From contig OY760142.1 in NCBI GenBank assembly GCA_963663225.1, positions 1,920,001 to 1,984,000 of the forward strand: 64,000 nucleotides of DNA. Reading direction: 5' to 3'. Under the pieces are notes generated by a model. It had not been told where the DNA came from, ran no database searches, and was given only the letters and a program-made list of their open reading frames with translations. The stretch's first letter is position 1. Each line of letters starts with the position of its first letter. This document shows, in pieces, positions 50,439 to 59,883 of this stretch. The translations under genes and the position numbers were made by a program. This DNA is from Nitrospirota bacterium (GTDB lineage: Bacteria; Nitrospirota; UBA9217).

Positions 50439-51689
50439 ATGGCTATTAATTCAGCGGAAGCAACAGGGCTCAGCGAGAAAAAAGCAGGAGCCATCTTGCC
50501 GCAACCACTGGGGGGCTTGTTGAACCTTGCCTTACTGCTTTTACTGTCCGAAGCAATATGGTATGGACTCTTTTCTCCGGCAGGCCCGGTAAGTCTTTAC
50601 ACGCCCAATGTCGGGCTTGCCCTTGTTATTACCATTCTCATGGTTATACACTGGGGTGTTGATGTGTTCGATTTCTGGCCGTTCAGCAGAAGTTTTATCC
50701 GTGAGGGAAATCCGATCATTAAGGGTATAATTCTTCTCGCGGTGTATGTTGGGGCTGCAATCGTGGTCATGTTCGGCATATATTACAACGTTGTCGGACG
50801 CTTCGGCCCGGTGTTTTTCAGCGGCCCCCAGCTGATTGTGAGCGGCGGATTGGGACAATATTCGCAGACTGCAATCGAGAATGGCTGCTACGCACAGATT
50901 ATGATGAACACCTGCATTATTTTCTTCACGATCCTGTGGGTAAGAAGTTTCAACTTCTCACCATGGCAGCAGAACACTTCGGTGGTCAAATCGTTTTCAG
51001 CCTGGCTTATGGGGATGTTCCTTGCGATTCTTGCCTTCTCGGTGCTTTTCTATCCCCATATCGCGTATCAGTTCTATCCTCCCCAGATATTTATGGCAGC
51101 ACAGCCGTGGTGGTCCGATTGGGCCATGACCCAAAGCAGCTTGTTCCATTTCGGCTGGATTGTGCCTGCACTCGTCCTTCTTTACTGGACGAAGATGCTG
51201 TGGGAAGACCGGCCTTTTTCCCTCATTAAGTCCGTATGGCTAAGGGGAGCCGTTATGATGATTTCAGTCATTGCGGGCGGAATACTCATCATGTTCGCCG
51301 CAAACTCGATCATGAATTGGTATTTCGGAGGGGAAGCGTTCCTGGGAGGAAACACCACGGAGCAGCCGGCATGGAGATGGAACCATGTTGCGGAAATGGC
51401 CATGTTCATGCAGACGGCCGCTGTCATCTTGTATTACTATTTTGACAACTGGCCTTCGAAATTAAGCTTGCCGGTGCGGGCCGTGGTCAGAACTGCAATT
51501 GCGGTTGTGGGTGGCTTGATCATTGCCAAGCTGTACTATCTTCTGGGACCTACGTTTCTCGGAACCGTTCAGGGAATAGGCCAGGACAACGATACAAGCC
51601 TCTGCTGGACTGTCATGGTGCTGATCCTGATTGTTGCGCATGGAGAATTTTTTGATGGTTTCCCGTTTAAGAAGCGAGCAGTAAAATAA
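50439..51689 (+). CDS. Polytopic (~10 TM) membrane protein, putative transporter/channel
   Basis: GAGGAGG RBS; about ten hydrophobic helices; recurring FDxWPF-like motifs. Confidence 0.8.
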   Translation: MAINSAEATGLSEKKAGAILPQPLGGLLNLALLLLLSEAIWYGLFSPAGPVSLYTPNVGLALVITILMVIHWGVDVFDFWPFSRSFIREGNPIIKGIILLAVYVGAAIVVMFGIYYNVVGRFGPVFFSGPQLIVSGGLGQYSQTAIENGCYAQIMMNTCIIFFTILWVRSFNFSPWQQNTSVVKSFSAWLMGMFLAILAFSVLFYPHIAYQFYPPQIFMAAQPWWSDWAMTQSSLFHFGWIVPALVLLYWTKMLWEDRPFSLIKSVWLRGAVMMISVIAGGILIMFAANSIMNWYFGGEAFLGGNTTEQPAWRWNHVAEMAMFMQTAAVILYYYFDNWPSKLSLPVRAVVRTAIAVVGGLIIAKLYYLLGPTFLGTVQGIGQDNDTSLCWTVMVLILIVAHGEFFDGFPFKKRAVK

Positions 51690-51700
51690 TCATAATTTGC

Positions 51701-51739
51701 GACCGTTCCGGCCATTTGGCCGGAACGGTCAGATTTTTA
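51701..51739 (+). terminator. Intrinsic terminator closing the MBL operon
   Basis: Perfect GACCGTTCCGGCCA-TT-TGGCCGGAACGGTC stem followed by a T run. Confidence 0.8.
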
Positions 51740-51792
51740 GGTAAGAAAAGCTTCATACGGGAGATATAGGAAGTAAATCTAGGAGCGTTAAT

Positions 51793-52095
51793 ATGGAATT
51801 ACCAGACAGATCTTTTTTAACAGGCATTATTCGTGAAATAGCGCAGGTCACAGCTGCATTTAAAGAAAGCTATGCCGAAGTCCAAGATGAAATGAAGCAG
51901 ATTATAGACTTTGAGGATCTTCCCATAGCATCCACATATCCCCGGGAGCTTTTCGAGGAAGAAGCCAAGAGACTGGGGATCGACATTGATGCGGTCGGTG
52001 AGCAGGAGGCGATCAAGCAAATTGTGATGCTCCAGTTTGAGCGGGAGAAGGGAAAAACCGGTATGCAGCTTGATGAAGAAAAGTCCAGGACGTGA
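51793..52095 (+). CDS. Small acidic helical hypothetical protein
   Basis: AGGAG RBS; 100-aa ORF. Confidence 0.65.
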   Translation: MELPDRSFLTGIIREIAQVTAAFKESYAEVQDEMKQIIDFEDLPIASTYPRELFEEEAKRLGIDIDAVGEQEAIKQIVMLQFEREKGKTGMQLDEEKSRT

Positions 52096-52142
52096 CCGGT
52101 GCGGGCTTGTCTTCGCTTGCAGAATACAATATCAGCGGTTTC

Positions 52143-52790
52143 TTATATGACCAGTAACTCACGCTCGCCACTAAGGTATTTGCGGGCCAGGAGAAGGATT
52201 CTCAGATAGTAATTGTCGAGACAGGAAACGAAATCAGAACTTGATGCCCGCAATGGTTCGGCAGGGGAACCCTCTCCCCGAAAGAACATTCCGGTAACAT
52301 GCGGCTCTTTTCCCGAGAACAGCCTGATTCCGGAATCGATATCCAGCACGAACACACCATCAACCTCTTCCTTTTGCAAGATCAAATCCTGTACATTCAG
52401 CGGATAGGGCAGCAAAAAAACATCTTGGAATTCATATTCGCGTACTCCGGGCGTGAAACCGTATACACACACTCTTGGTCCAACGGGGACAAGCTGTTCA
52501 AACCGTACGTCGAGACCCAGTTCTTCCCGGATTTCACGGAGGCCTGCCGTTCGTGCTTCCTCTCCTGATACATAATGCCCGCCCACGCTCACATCAAGTT
52601 TTCCCGGGGCGACTTTTTTTTCGGATGAACGCCTCTGAAAAAGTGCCGTGGCAACACCGTTTTGCCGGTAGATGATCAGGCAGTGAAAGGCTCCGTGCCA
52701 GGCGCCCGTTCTGTGCGCTTCATCGCGCGTGATAACCCGGCCGGTTTTTTTGCCGGTGTCGTCCAGTAGGTCGAAATATTCAGGAGCCAT
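52143..52790 (-). CDS. NUDIX hydrolase (IDI-like subgroup)
   Basis: DVSVGGH, Nudix box G...GE......LREIREELG. Confidence 0.85.
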   Translation of the reverse strand: MAPEYFDLLDDTGKKTGRVITRDEAHRTGAWHGAFHCLIIYRQNGVATALFQRRSSEKKVAPGKLDVSVGGHYVSGEEARTAGLREIREELGLDVRFEQLVPVGPRVCVYGFTPGVREYEFQDVFLLPYPLNVQDLILQKEEVDGVFVLDIDSGIRLFSGKEPHVTGMFFRGEGSPAEPLRASSSDFVSCLDNYYLRILLLARKYLSGERELLVI

Positions 52791-52917
52791 ACGCTGTTCC
52801 TCGGTGTTTTTTTTTATCTGGTTCCATTCCTTAGGAGAAGCTGTTTGACCGCCCAAGATCGTGTTACGATTTCCGCATGTGTAAAATACAGCGGTTTTGC
52901 CGGGTGACGCGTGCAAT

Positions 52918-52994
52918 AAAAAAAGCCACCAAGACATGCGCTGGGGCATACAGAACAGGCAGGGGGGCGTATGCCAGCGCTTCCTCGTGGCTTA
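52918..52994 (-). terminator. Extended hairpin with U-tract downstream of ihfB
   Basis: AAGCCAC...GCGCTGG-CATAC...GTATG..CCAGCGC...GTGGCTT + T run on minus strand. Confidence 0.6.
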
Positions 52995-53050
52995 GGATGT
53001 CACAAGACCAGTATAAAAAGACAATAGATGGAGATTATTGAACGCTCAGA

Positions 53051-53338
53051 TTAGGAAACTTTTCCATCCACCATTTCCCGCATCTCTTTGCCCGCTTTGA
53101 AGAAAGGGACTTTTTTGGGCGGCACCGATACGGTTTCACCGGTCTTGGGATTTCTTCCTTCCTTTGCGCGGCGATGCCGTATACGGAAACTCCCAAAACC
53201 GCGGATTTCTACTTTGTCTTCCCGCGAGAGCGCGTCCTTGATTCCATCAAGGACGGTGTTTACAACGATTTCGACCTGTTTCCTGGTGAGCCCAGGCTTC
53301 TTTTCCGCTATCTTATCTACCAAATCCGCCTTTGTCAT
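53051..53338 (-). CDS. ihfB: Integration host factor beta / HU-family protein
   Basis: MTKADL, VEIRGFGSF, GRNPKTGE, PFFKAGK; follows rpsA-sppA. Confidence 0.9.
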   Translation of the reverse strand: MTKADLVDKIAEKKPGLTRKQVEIVVNTVLDGIKDALSREDKVEIRGFGSFRIRHRRAKEGRNPKTGETVSVPPKKVPFFKAGKEMREMVDGKVS

Positions 53339-53364
53339 GCAATACCCCCTTCACCTTACGATTA

Positions 53365-54294
53365 TTATCGGTAAAGATACTGTAATGACACCGTATTTCT
53401 GTTGAGGCCCTGTGCAAGCACCTCCGCTATCCACGTTGCGCTTTCTTCCTTTAAGTATTCGAAGAAAGGTATCTTTTTCTTTTTTTCAATTATCTGCGGT
53501 TTTCCTTTGATCCCTGCAAGGGCTCCGGCTATACGGATGCTGTCCGCCAGGTCCCCTAATTCATCCACAAGCCTGAGGTCATACGCTTGCCTTCCGGTCA
53601 GGATGCGGCCGTCCGCAACGGCCCTGACTTCGTCTATCGACAGTTTGCGGCCTTCTGCAAGGGCCTCGTTGCGGCCTTTGACAACGGCCTCTATAAACTG
53701 GTTATGGACGTCGTCGATCACCGTTTGAAGAAGTTTTCGTTCCTGTGGAGCCATATCGCGGAAGGGGGAGCCGACGTCTTTATACTCGCCGGCTTTGATG
53801 ACGTTTCCCTTTACGCCGATTTTGTCCAGCAGTTTCTCGATTACAGCAAACTGCATGATGACCCCGATGCTTCCGGTAAGGGTGCCGGGATTGGCAACAA
53901 TTTTATCGGCCGCAGCAGCCACATAGTAGCCCCCTGAAGCTGCAACAGTGCCCATGGATACGATGACTTTCTTTCCTTCTTTTTTGGCGTTTTGCACGGC
54001 ATTATAAATTTCCTGTGAGACTACTACCCCTCCGCCAGGGGTGTCGATGCGGAGGATGATGGCTTTTATTGAAGGATCTTCTGCATAATCATTCAGTTCG
54101 TCCACAACAGGCGCGGACGCCATGAGCACTCCTTCAACCTTGACGAGTGCTATCTTGCCTGATCCCACCATCGGCAGCGTCTTCTTCGTTTTTTTGTTTC
54201 CGGCGAAGAATGACGTTAAGGACATCATAATAAAAAAAATGACGCCGAGTATTACTGCTGTCACCAGCACAATGACGAGAGGATTTCTTTTCAT
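53365..54294 (-). CDS. sppA: Signal peptide peptidase SppA (36K type)
   Basis: DTPGG, AASGGYY, TGSIGV, K.G.YKD, DGR. Confidence 0.92.
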   Translation of the reverse strand: MKRNPLVIVLVTAVILGVIFFIMMSLTSFFAGNKKTKKTLPMVGSGKIALVKVEGVLMASAPVVDELNDYAEDPSIKAIILRIDTPGGGVVVSQEIYNAVQNAKKEGKKVIVSMGTVAASGGYYVAAAADKIVANPGTLTGSIGVIMQFAVIEKLLDKIGVKGNVIKAGEYKDVGSPFRDMAPQERKLLQTVIDDVHNQFIEAVVKGRNEALAEGRKLSIDEVRAVADGRILTGRQAYDLRLVDELGDLADSIRIAGALAGIKGKPQIIEKKKKIPFFEYLKEESATWIAEVLAQGLNRNTVSLQYLYR

Positions 54295-54300
54295 GACGGC

Positions 54301-55995
54301 CTAGCCCCGTTCTTTCATCAACGCGCCCAGCGTGGTATCAGGTTTTGGCTGTTGGCTCATATATTCCCGAAGCGTTGTTCTGTCATAGCCCTTCAGGTAT
54401 GATTTAATGGAAAGCGCTATTCTCCTGTCACTTCTATCCACTTTGACAACGCGTGCGGTCACTTCATCGCCTTCCTTGACATCGCCGCTTTCCTTCGGAA
54501 TTTCCGACGCTGGTATCAGCCCTTCGATGCCGAACTCAAGCTCAACGAACATGCCGAAATCAGCCTTCTTGGTCACCTTGACTTTTTCATCGCTGCCCAC
54601 CTTGTACCGTTCAAGCAAGGCTTTTTCCCACGGGTCGGGATTCAACTGTTTGATCCCCAAGGAGATGCGCTCTTTCTGGGGGTCGATGGACAGCACGACT
54701 GCCTTTGTTTTCTGGCCTTTTTTGAGGACCTCGGACGGGTGCTTTATATGTTTTGTCCAGGACAAATCGGAAATATGAATGAGACCGTCTATGCCTTCTT
54801 CCACGCCGATGAATGCTCCGAAATCAGTCAACGTTCTGATTTTCCCCTCAATTTCCGAACCGACAGGGTAGCGGTCTCCGAGGTTATGCCAAGGATTCGG
54901 CGTCACTTGTTTTATCCCGAGCGAAATGCGTTTATTGGCCGGATCTACCGAGAGCACCTGGGCCTCAACGGTATCGCCGACGGAGACCACTTTGGAAGGA
55001 TGCTTTATCTTTTGCGTCCAGGACATTTCGGAGACATGAATAAGCCCTTCAACGCCGGTTTCCAGTTCAATGAATGCGCCATACTCAGCCAGACTTACCA
55101 CTTTGCTCGCGACCTTGCTTCCCACCGGGTATTTCTGTGCGACCGTGAGCCAGGGATCCTGTGTTTTCTGCTTGAGTCCCAGAGATACTTTTTGCTTTTC
55201 ACGGTCGTATTTCAGCACCACCACGTCTACCGGCGCGCCGACCGTAAACAACTCTGAAGGGTGGTTGATCCTTCCCCAGGACATGTCCGTAATATGGAGC
55301 AATCCATCGATGCCGCCGAGGTCGACAAAAGCACCGTACTCGGTTATGTTCTTGATGACTCCGTGCACAATCTGCCCTTCAGCCAGAGAAGCAAGTCGTT
55401 CCTCTTTGCGGGCGATCTGATCGGCCTCAAGCAGCGCCCTGCGGGAGAGGACGATATTCCCCCGCCCGGAGTTCATTTTGAGAATTTTCATTTCCATGGC
55501 CTGGCCAAGCAGCTGATTAAAATTCTGAACCGGTTTCACATCGATTTGCGAACCAGGCAGGAATGCCATTACTCCGCCGATGTCCACCGTCAGGCCTCCC
55601 TTGATTGCCGCGACTATTTTCCCTACGATGGGTGTTCCGGTTTGATAAGCGCGGTTGATCGTGTCCCAAATCTGCAATTTTTTGGCTTTTTCCCGGGACA
55701 ACAACAGATTGCCGCGAAAATCTTCCGCAGTTTCAATCAACACTTCGAGCTCGTCGCCGGGTTTGAGATTCTTGAGTTCCTCTTCGGTAAATTGCTCTGC
55801 GGGAATGATGCCGTCCGATTTGTATCCGAGATCCAGCATCACGACGCCGGATTGGACCTGCAGCACGCGCCCACGCACCACCGTTCCTGCTTTGAAGCTT
55901 TTCAGTGACTGATTGTAAAGTTTCTCAAATTCGGTCTCGTTCTGTTCCGTTTGTGAAGCGTCTTCATGCTCGAAGTGATCGCGCGCAGTGTTCAT
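54301..55995 (-). CDS. rpsA: 30S ribosomal protein S1
   Basis: Six S1 repeats (AFLPGSQ, GIDGLLHITDMSW, EGLIHVSEMSW). Confidence 0.96.
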   Translation of the reverse strand: MNTARDHFEHEDASQTEQNETEFEKLYNQSLKSFKAGTVVRGRVLQVQSGVVMLDLGYKSDGIIPAEQFTEEELKNLKPGDELEVLIETAEDFRGNLLLSREKAKKLQIWDTINRAYQTGTPIVGKIVAAIKGGLTVDIGGVMAFLPGSQIDVKPVQNFNQLLGQAMEMKILKMNSGRGNIVLSRRALLEADQIARKEERLASLAEGQIVHGVIKNITEYGAFVDLGGIDGLLHITDMSWGRINHPSELFTVGAPVDVVVLKYDREKQKVSLGLKQKTQDPWLTVAQKYPVGSKVASKVVSLAEYGAFIELETGVEGLIHVSEMSWTQKIKHPSKVVSVGDTVEAQVLSVDPANKRISLGIKQVTPNPWHNLGDRYPVGSEIEGKIRTLTDFGAFIGVEEGIDGLIHISDLSWTKHIKHPSEVLKKGQKTKAVVLSIDPQKERISLGIKQLNPDPWEKALLERYKVGSDEKVKVTKKADFGMFVELEFGIEGLIPASEIPKESGDVKEGDEVTARVVKVDRSDRRIALSIKSYLKGYDRTTLREYMSQQPKPDTTLGALMKERG

Positions 55996-56036
55996 TAAAA
56001 TCTCTTCCCTCCTGATAATATGCGGCCGGCAAAAAG

Positions 56037-56879
56037 CTAACCGCCCATCTTCCCGCTTCGTAATTTTTCCAGGACGCCTTCCACCACCCAGTCGGGAGTG
56101 GAGGCCCCTGCAGTAACACCAACTTTGGTCACGCCGTTAAACCACGGCGTCTCAATTTCATCGGCTACTTCGATGTGATATGTCGGCTTGCCTTCCTGCT
56201 GGCAGACGGAGACCAGCCTGCTGGTATTGGCGCTGTTGCGTCCGCCGACCACCAGCATGACATCAACCTTGCCGGCAAGAACGCGGGCAGCGTCCTGTCG
56301 TTCCTGCGTTGAATCGCAGATTGTGTTAAAAACCTTTAATTCCTTGGAAAGACGGAGTAATTTTAACACAATTTTTGAAAAATTGCTATATGATTGCGTC
56401 GTTTGAGCGACGATTCCCAGCCGGTTTTTGAAGTGGATTTCTTCCACGTCGTCAGCTGTTTCCACGACAACCGCGTTATCACCCGCGTACCCCCGGATGC
56501 TTTGCACTTCGGGATGTTTTTTTTCGCCGACGATGACGACCTGGTATCCGTCTTTATGGAGCGCTTCGGCATCCCGTTGCGCCTTGCTTACGAACGGACA
56601 GGTCAGGTCTATGATGCGCAGCCCTTTTTTGCGGATTTCATCCAACACTCCCGGCGGTACGCCGTGCGAACGGATGATAAGGGAATCGCCCTGCGTGAGA
56701 GAAGAAAAGTCTTCGACCAGCTGTACTCCTGCCTGCCGCAGCCGCTCGACCTCCTGGGGATTGTGGATTAATGGTCCCAAACAATATACTTTGCCCTTGG
56801 CGGCAGCCTCAAATGCCGTATTAATTGCCCGCTTCACGCCGAAGCACAGGCCTGCTTTATCAGCAAGATAAACTTCCAT
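56037..56879 (-). CDS. ispH: 4-hydroxy-3-methylbut-2-enyl diphosphate reductase
   Basis: GLCFGV, IHN, SHG, TCP.V, HPEV, QTT, TIC, SANT, AGASTP. Confidence 0.95.
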   Translation of the reverse strand: MEVYLADKAGLCFGVKRAINTAFEAAAKGKVYCLGPLIHNPQEVERLRQAGVQLVEDFSSLTQGDSLIIRSHGVPPGVLDEIRKKGLRIIDLTCPFVSKAQRDAEALHKDGYQVVIVGEKKHPEVQSIRGYAGDNAVVVETADDVEEIHFKNRLGIVAQTTQSYSNFSKIVLKLLRLSKELKVFNTICDSTQERQDAARVLAGKVDVMLVVGGRNSANTSRLVSVCQQEGKPTYHIEVADEIETPWFNGVTKVGVTAGASTPDWVVEGVLEKLRSGKMGG

Positions 56880-56946
56880 GCTCACCTCGTGGTATACGCC
56901 TGAGTCAGAAAATAAATATTGGAACCCTCGGCTTTTTGCCGGGCGT

Positions 56947-57630
56947 TTATGGTGCGCGCTCTGCGCGTCTTATCACAGACAACATTGTTTCGATTGTCGC
57001 ATCAATGCTGAGCGCAGTGGAATCGATCAACAGTGCATCGTCGGATTTTTTCAATGGTGCTATATCCCGGCCGCAGTCCTGCTTGTCGCGTTCCTGAATT
57101 TCTCTGGTAATCCGGGCACAGTCCACGTCCAGGCCTTTTGCCTTCAGTTCGAGGTAGCGGCGTTTCCCCCGCGCCTCCGCGCTTGCGTCCAGAAAAAATT
57201 TTACGTCAGCATCAGGAAAGACCACCGTTCCGATGTCCCGACCATCCATAACGACGCCGCCGTTTCTGCCCAGTTCTCTTTGGACGGTGAGCAGCAAAGC
57301 CCTCACCGCCGGCGATTTTGAGACCGCTGAAGCAATCATTCCCATTTCCGGCGTGCGGATTTCTCCGCTCACATCGATTCCATTCACGTAAATCCGGGGA
57401 TCGTTGTTGTCTTTTTTAATCGTAATGATGCTTCGGGTGCATAAGTCCGCGAGTTTGTTCTCATCGGCAGTATCTATGTTCTCCTGCCGGGCTTTCCACC
57501 CGATGGCGCGGTACATGGCTCCGGTGTCAATATAAAGGTAGCCCAAACGTTGCGCGAGAAGCCGGGCAGCGGTGCTCTTTCCCGCACCGGAAGGACCGTC
57601 AATAGCAACTACTAAACCGTTTTTTTTCAT
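56947..57630 (-). CDS. cmk: Cytidylate kinase
   Basis: IDGPSGAGKST, DTGAMYR, DGRDIGTVVFP. Confidence 0.96.
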   Translation of the reverse strand: MKKNGLVVAIDGPSGAGKSTAARLLAQRLGYLYIDTGAMYRAIGWKARQENIDTADENKLADLCTRSIITIKKDNNDPRIYVNGIDVSGEIRTPEMGMIASAVSKSPAVRALLLTVQRELGRNGGVVMDGRDIGTVVFPDADVKFFLDASAEARGKRRYLELKAKGLDVDCARITREIQERDKQDCGRDIAPLKKSDDALLIDSTALSIDATIETMLSVIRRAERAP

Positions 57631-57716
57631 GTTCAGAGATACATAACTGCCGTAAAAGATCGTGGCGCAAAAATTGTCTGCCGCACATTGAATTATTCAG
57701 AGCGTACTATCTTTAT

Positions 57717-59015
57717 TTAGTAGGCGGCCTTTTGCAACAACTGCTCAAAACCCGGAAAAGATGTTCCGATCCAGCCGCAATTGTGAACAACCGTGTCTCC
57801 TGTTGCGGCGAGACCTGCCACTGCCATGGACATGGCGATGCGATGGTCGCCATGACTTTCGCAGGCAGCTCCGCTCAGGGATTTCTGTCCCATGATTTCC
57901 ATGCCGTCCGGCCGTTCCATAACGCGCACGCCCATCTTGCGGAGTTCTTCCGCCATGGTTGCCACCCGGTCGGATTCCTTGACCCGCAGTTCCGCCGCGT
58001 CCTGTATCACGGTTGCTCCTTCGGCATAGGCGGCAGCTACTGCCACGATAGGGATTTCGTCAATGGACCGCGGAACCAGGTCTCCGGCTATCCGGACAGC
58101 GTGCAGTTTTTTATATTTGACACGGATATCCGCCACGGGTTCGCCTGCCTGCTCACGCTGGTTTAAAAGCGTGATATCTCCTCCCATGGCAGTCAAAATA
58201 TCGATAATGCCGGTGCGGGTCGGGTTCACTCCCACGTTCAGGATCAGGAGGTCCGAATCCGGCACAATGGATGCTGCTACCAGAAAAAATGCGGCTGATG
58301 ATATGTCCGAAGGGATGTCGATCTGTTTTTTTCCCTGGAGCTTTTGTCTTCCCCGGACACTCACGCACAGCCCTTGCTCTTTGATCTCGACGCCGAAGAA
58401 TCTGAGCATTCGCTCGGTATGGTCCCGGGATTTCGACGGCTCGCTGACGGATGTTTCTCCATCAGCGTACAATCCCGCAAACAAGAGGGCTGATTTGACC
58501 TGTGCACTCGCTATCGGGCTGATGTAATCAATAGCGTTTATCAGGCGTCTTCCACCTCTGATCGAAAACGGAGCGAGTTTTCCTTCTGAACGGCCGTCTA
58601 CCTGGACCCCCATCATTCTGAGCGGATCGATAATTCTGCCCATGGGCCTCTTCACAAGGTATTGATCCCCGGTCAGGATTGAGAAGAAGTCCTGCCCCGC
58701 GAGGACGCCTGCCAGGAGCCTCATGCCGGTTCCCGAGTTTCCGAGGTTGAGTACTCCGGCCGGTTCGGAAAGGCCATCCAATCCTTTCCCGTGCACGACA
58801 AGGCGATCGGTGCCGAGGCCGGTTATCCCAATGCCCATCTGCTGGACCGCTCTCGCTGTGTTTTGGGTATCTTCCCCGGTAAGGAACCCGTTGATGGTTG
58901 TGGACCCTTCAGCAAGAGCGGAACAGAGTACTGCACGATGAGATATGGATTTATCTCCCGGAAGTATAATTTCCCCGTGCAGGCCGCGGGAGGGTTTTAT
59001 CGTGAGGTCGGTCAT
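57717..59015 (-). CDS. aroA: EPSP synthase
   Basis: PGDKSISHR, GNSGT, ASAQVKS, RDHTE, LRVKESDR, DHRIAM. Confidence 0.97.
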   Translation of the reverse strand: MTDLTIKPSRGLHGEIILPGDKSISHRAVLCSALAEGSTTINGFLTGEDTQNTARAVQQMGIGITGLGTDRLVVHGKGLDGLSEPAGVLNLGNSGTGMRLLAGVLAGQDFFSILTGDQYLVKRPMGRIIDPLRMMGVQVDGRSEGKLAPFSIRGGRRLINAIDYISPIASAQVKSALLFAGLYADGETSVSEPSKSRDHTERMLRFFGVEIKEQGLCVSVRGRQKLQGKKQIDIPSDISSAAFFLVAASIVPDSDLLILNVGVNPTRTGIIDILTAMGGDITLLNQREQAGEPVADIRVKYKKLHAVRIAGDLVPRSIDEIPIVAVAAAYAEGATVIQDAAELRVKESDRVATMAEELRKMGVRVMERPDGMEIMGQKSLSGAACESHGDHRIAMSMAVAGLAATGDTVVHNCGWIGTSFPGFEQLLQKAAY

Positions 59016-59879
59016 CTATTCCAATCCCCGCCTGGCCTGGCTTGCGGCAGAAAAATGCGCTTCAAGTTTTTGCTGATCGCCGCTTACTAAATCTTCCCTG
59101 AATCTGTTCAATGCGGCCAGGTAGCGGTCCATCATCTGGATGATGTTGTCGCGGTTGAGGAGGCAGATGTCCTTCCACATTTCCGGCGAGCTTGCTGCAA
59201 TACGGGTAAAGTCGCGAAACCCGGCTCCTGAGAAATTGATATACCGCTCTGCCCCGGTATTCAGCTCCGACACGGCGGACATCATCGCGAAGGCCGCTAC
59301 ATGAGGCATATGGCTGACGGCGGCGAATATTTTGTCGTGCATGTCAGGGGTCATGGTGAGGACTTTTGCTCCGGCCATTGTCCACAGCTCCGTGAGGACG
59401 GCTATTGCCTGTTTGTTTGTTTTTTGGGTCGGCGTGAGGATGCACTTGGTCCCTTGAAACAGGGACTCCGTCGCTTCTGCCACCCCGAATTTTTCCTTGC
59501 CGGCAATTGGGTGGCCCGGGACAAAATGGACGCCCGGAGGCGTACGATCTTCAATAGTTGTTGCCAGTGAGCCTTTTACACTTCCCACATCCGTGAGAAT
59601 TGCCCCGTTCTTGAGGTGGGGCGCAATATCGCGCATGATTGGTTCAAATACTCCCACCGGAGACGCAAGGACAACAAGGTCCGCATCTTCGACTGCGCGT
59701 TTCGCGTCCGGTTCCGCATGGTCAATCACGCCGAGCTTCAATGCCAGTTCAAGCGATTGTTTGCTCCTGCCCGTGCCGGTTATCCGGCCTGCAAGTTTTT
59801 TTGTCTTTAAAACCTTGGCCAGCGAACCGCCGATCAGTCCGACGCCGATGATGGTGACGTTATGAAAAAAAAGCTTCAT
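59016..59879 (-). CDS. tyrA: Prephenate/arogenate dehydrogenase
   Basis: GVGLIGGS, DVGSVK, HPIAG, SHMPH, GFRDFTRIA. Confidence 0.93.
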   Translation of the reverse strand: MKLFFHNVTIIGVGLIGGSLAKVLKTKKLAGRITGTGRSKQSLELALKLGVIDHAEPDAKRAVEDADLVVLASPVGVFEPIMRDIAPHLKNGAILTDVGSVKGSLATTIEDRTPPGVHFVPGHPIAGKEKFGVAEATESLFQGTKCILTPTQKTNKQAIAVLTELWTMAGAKVLTMTPDMHDKIFAAVSHMPHVAAFAMMSAVSELNTGAERYINFSGAGFRDFTRIAASSPEMWKDICLLNRDNIIQMMDRYLAALNRFREDLVSGDQQKLEAHFSAASQARRGLE

Positions 59880-59883
59880 GATT

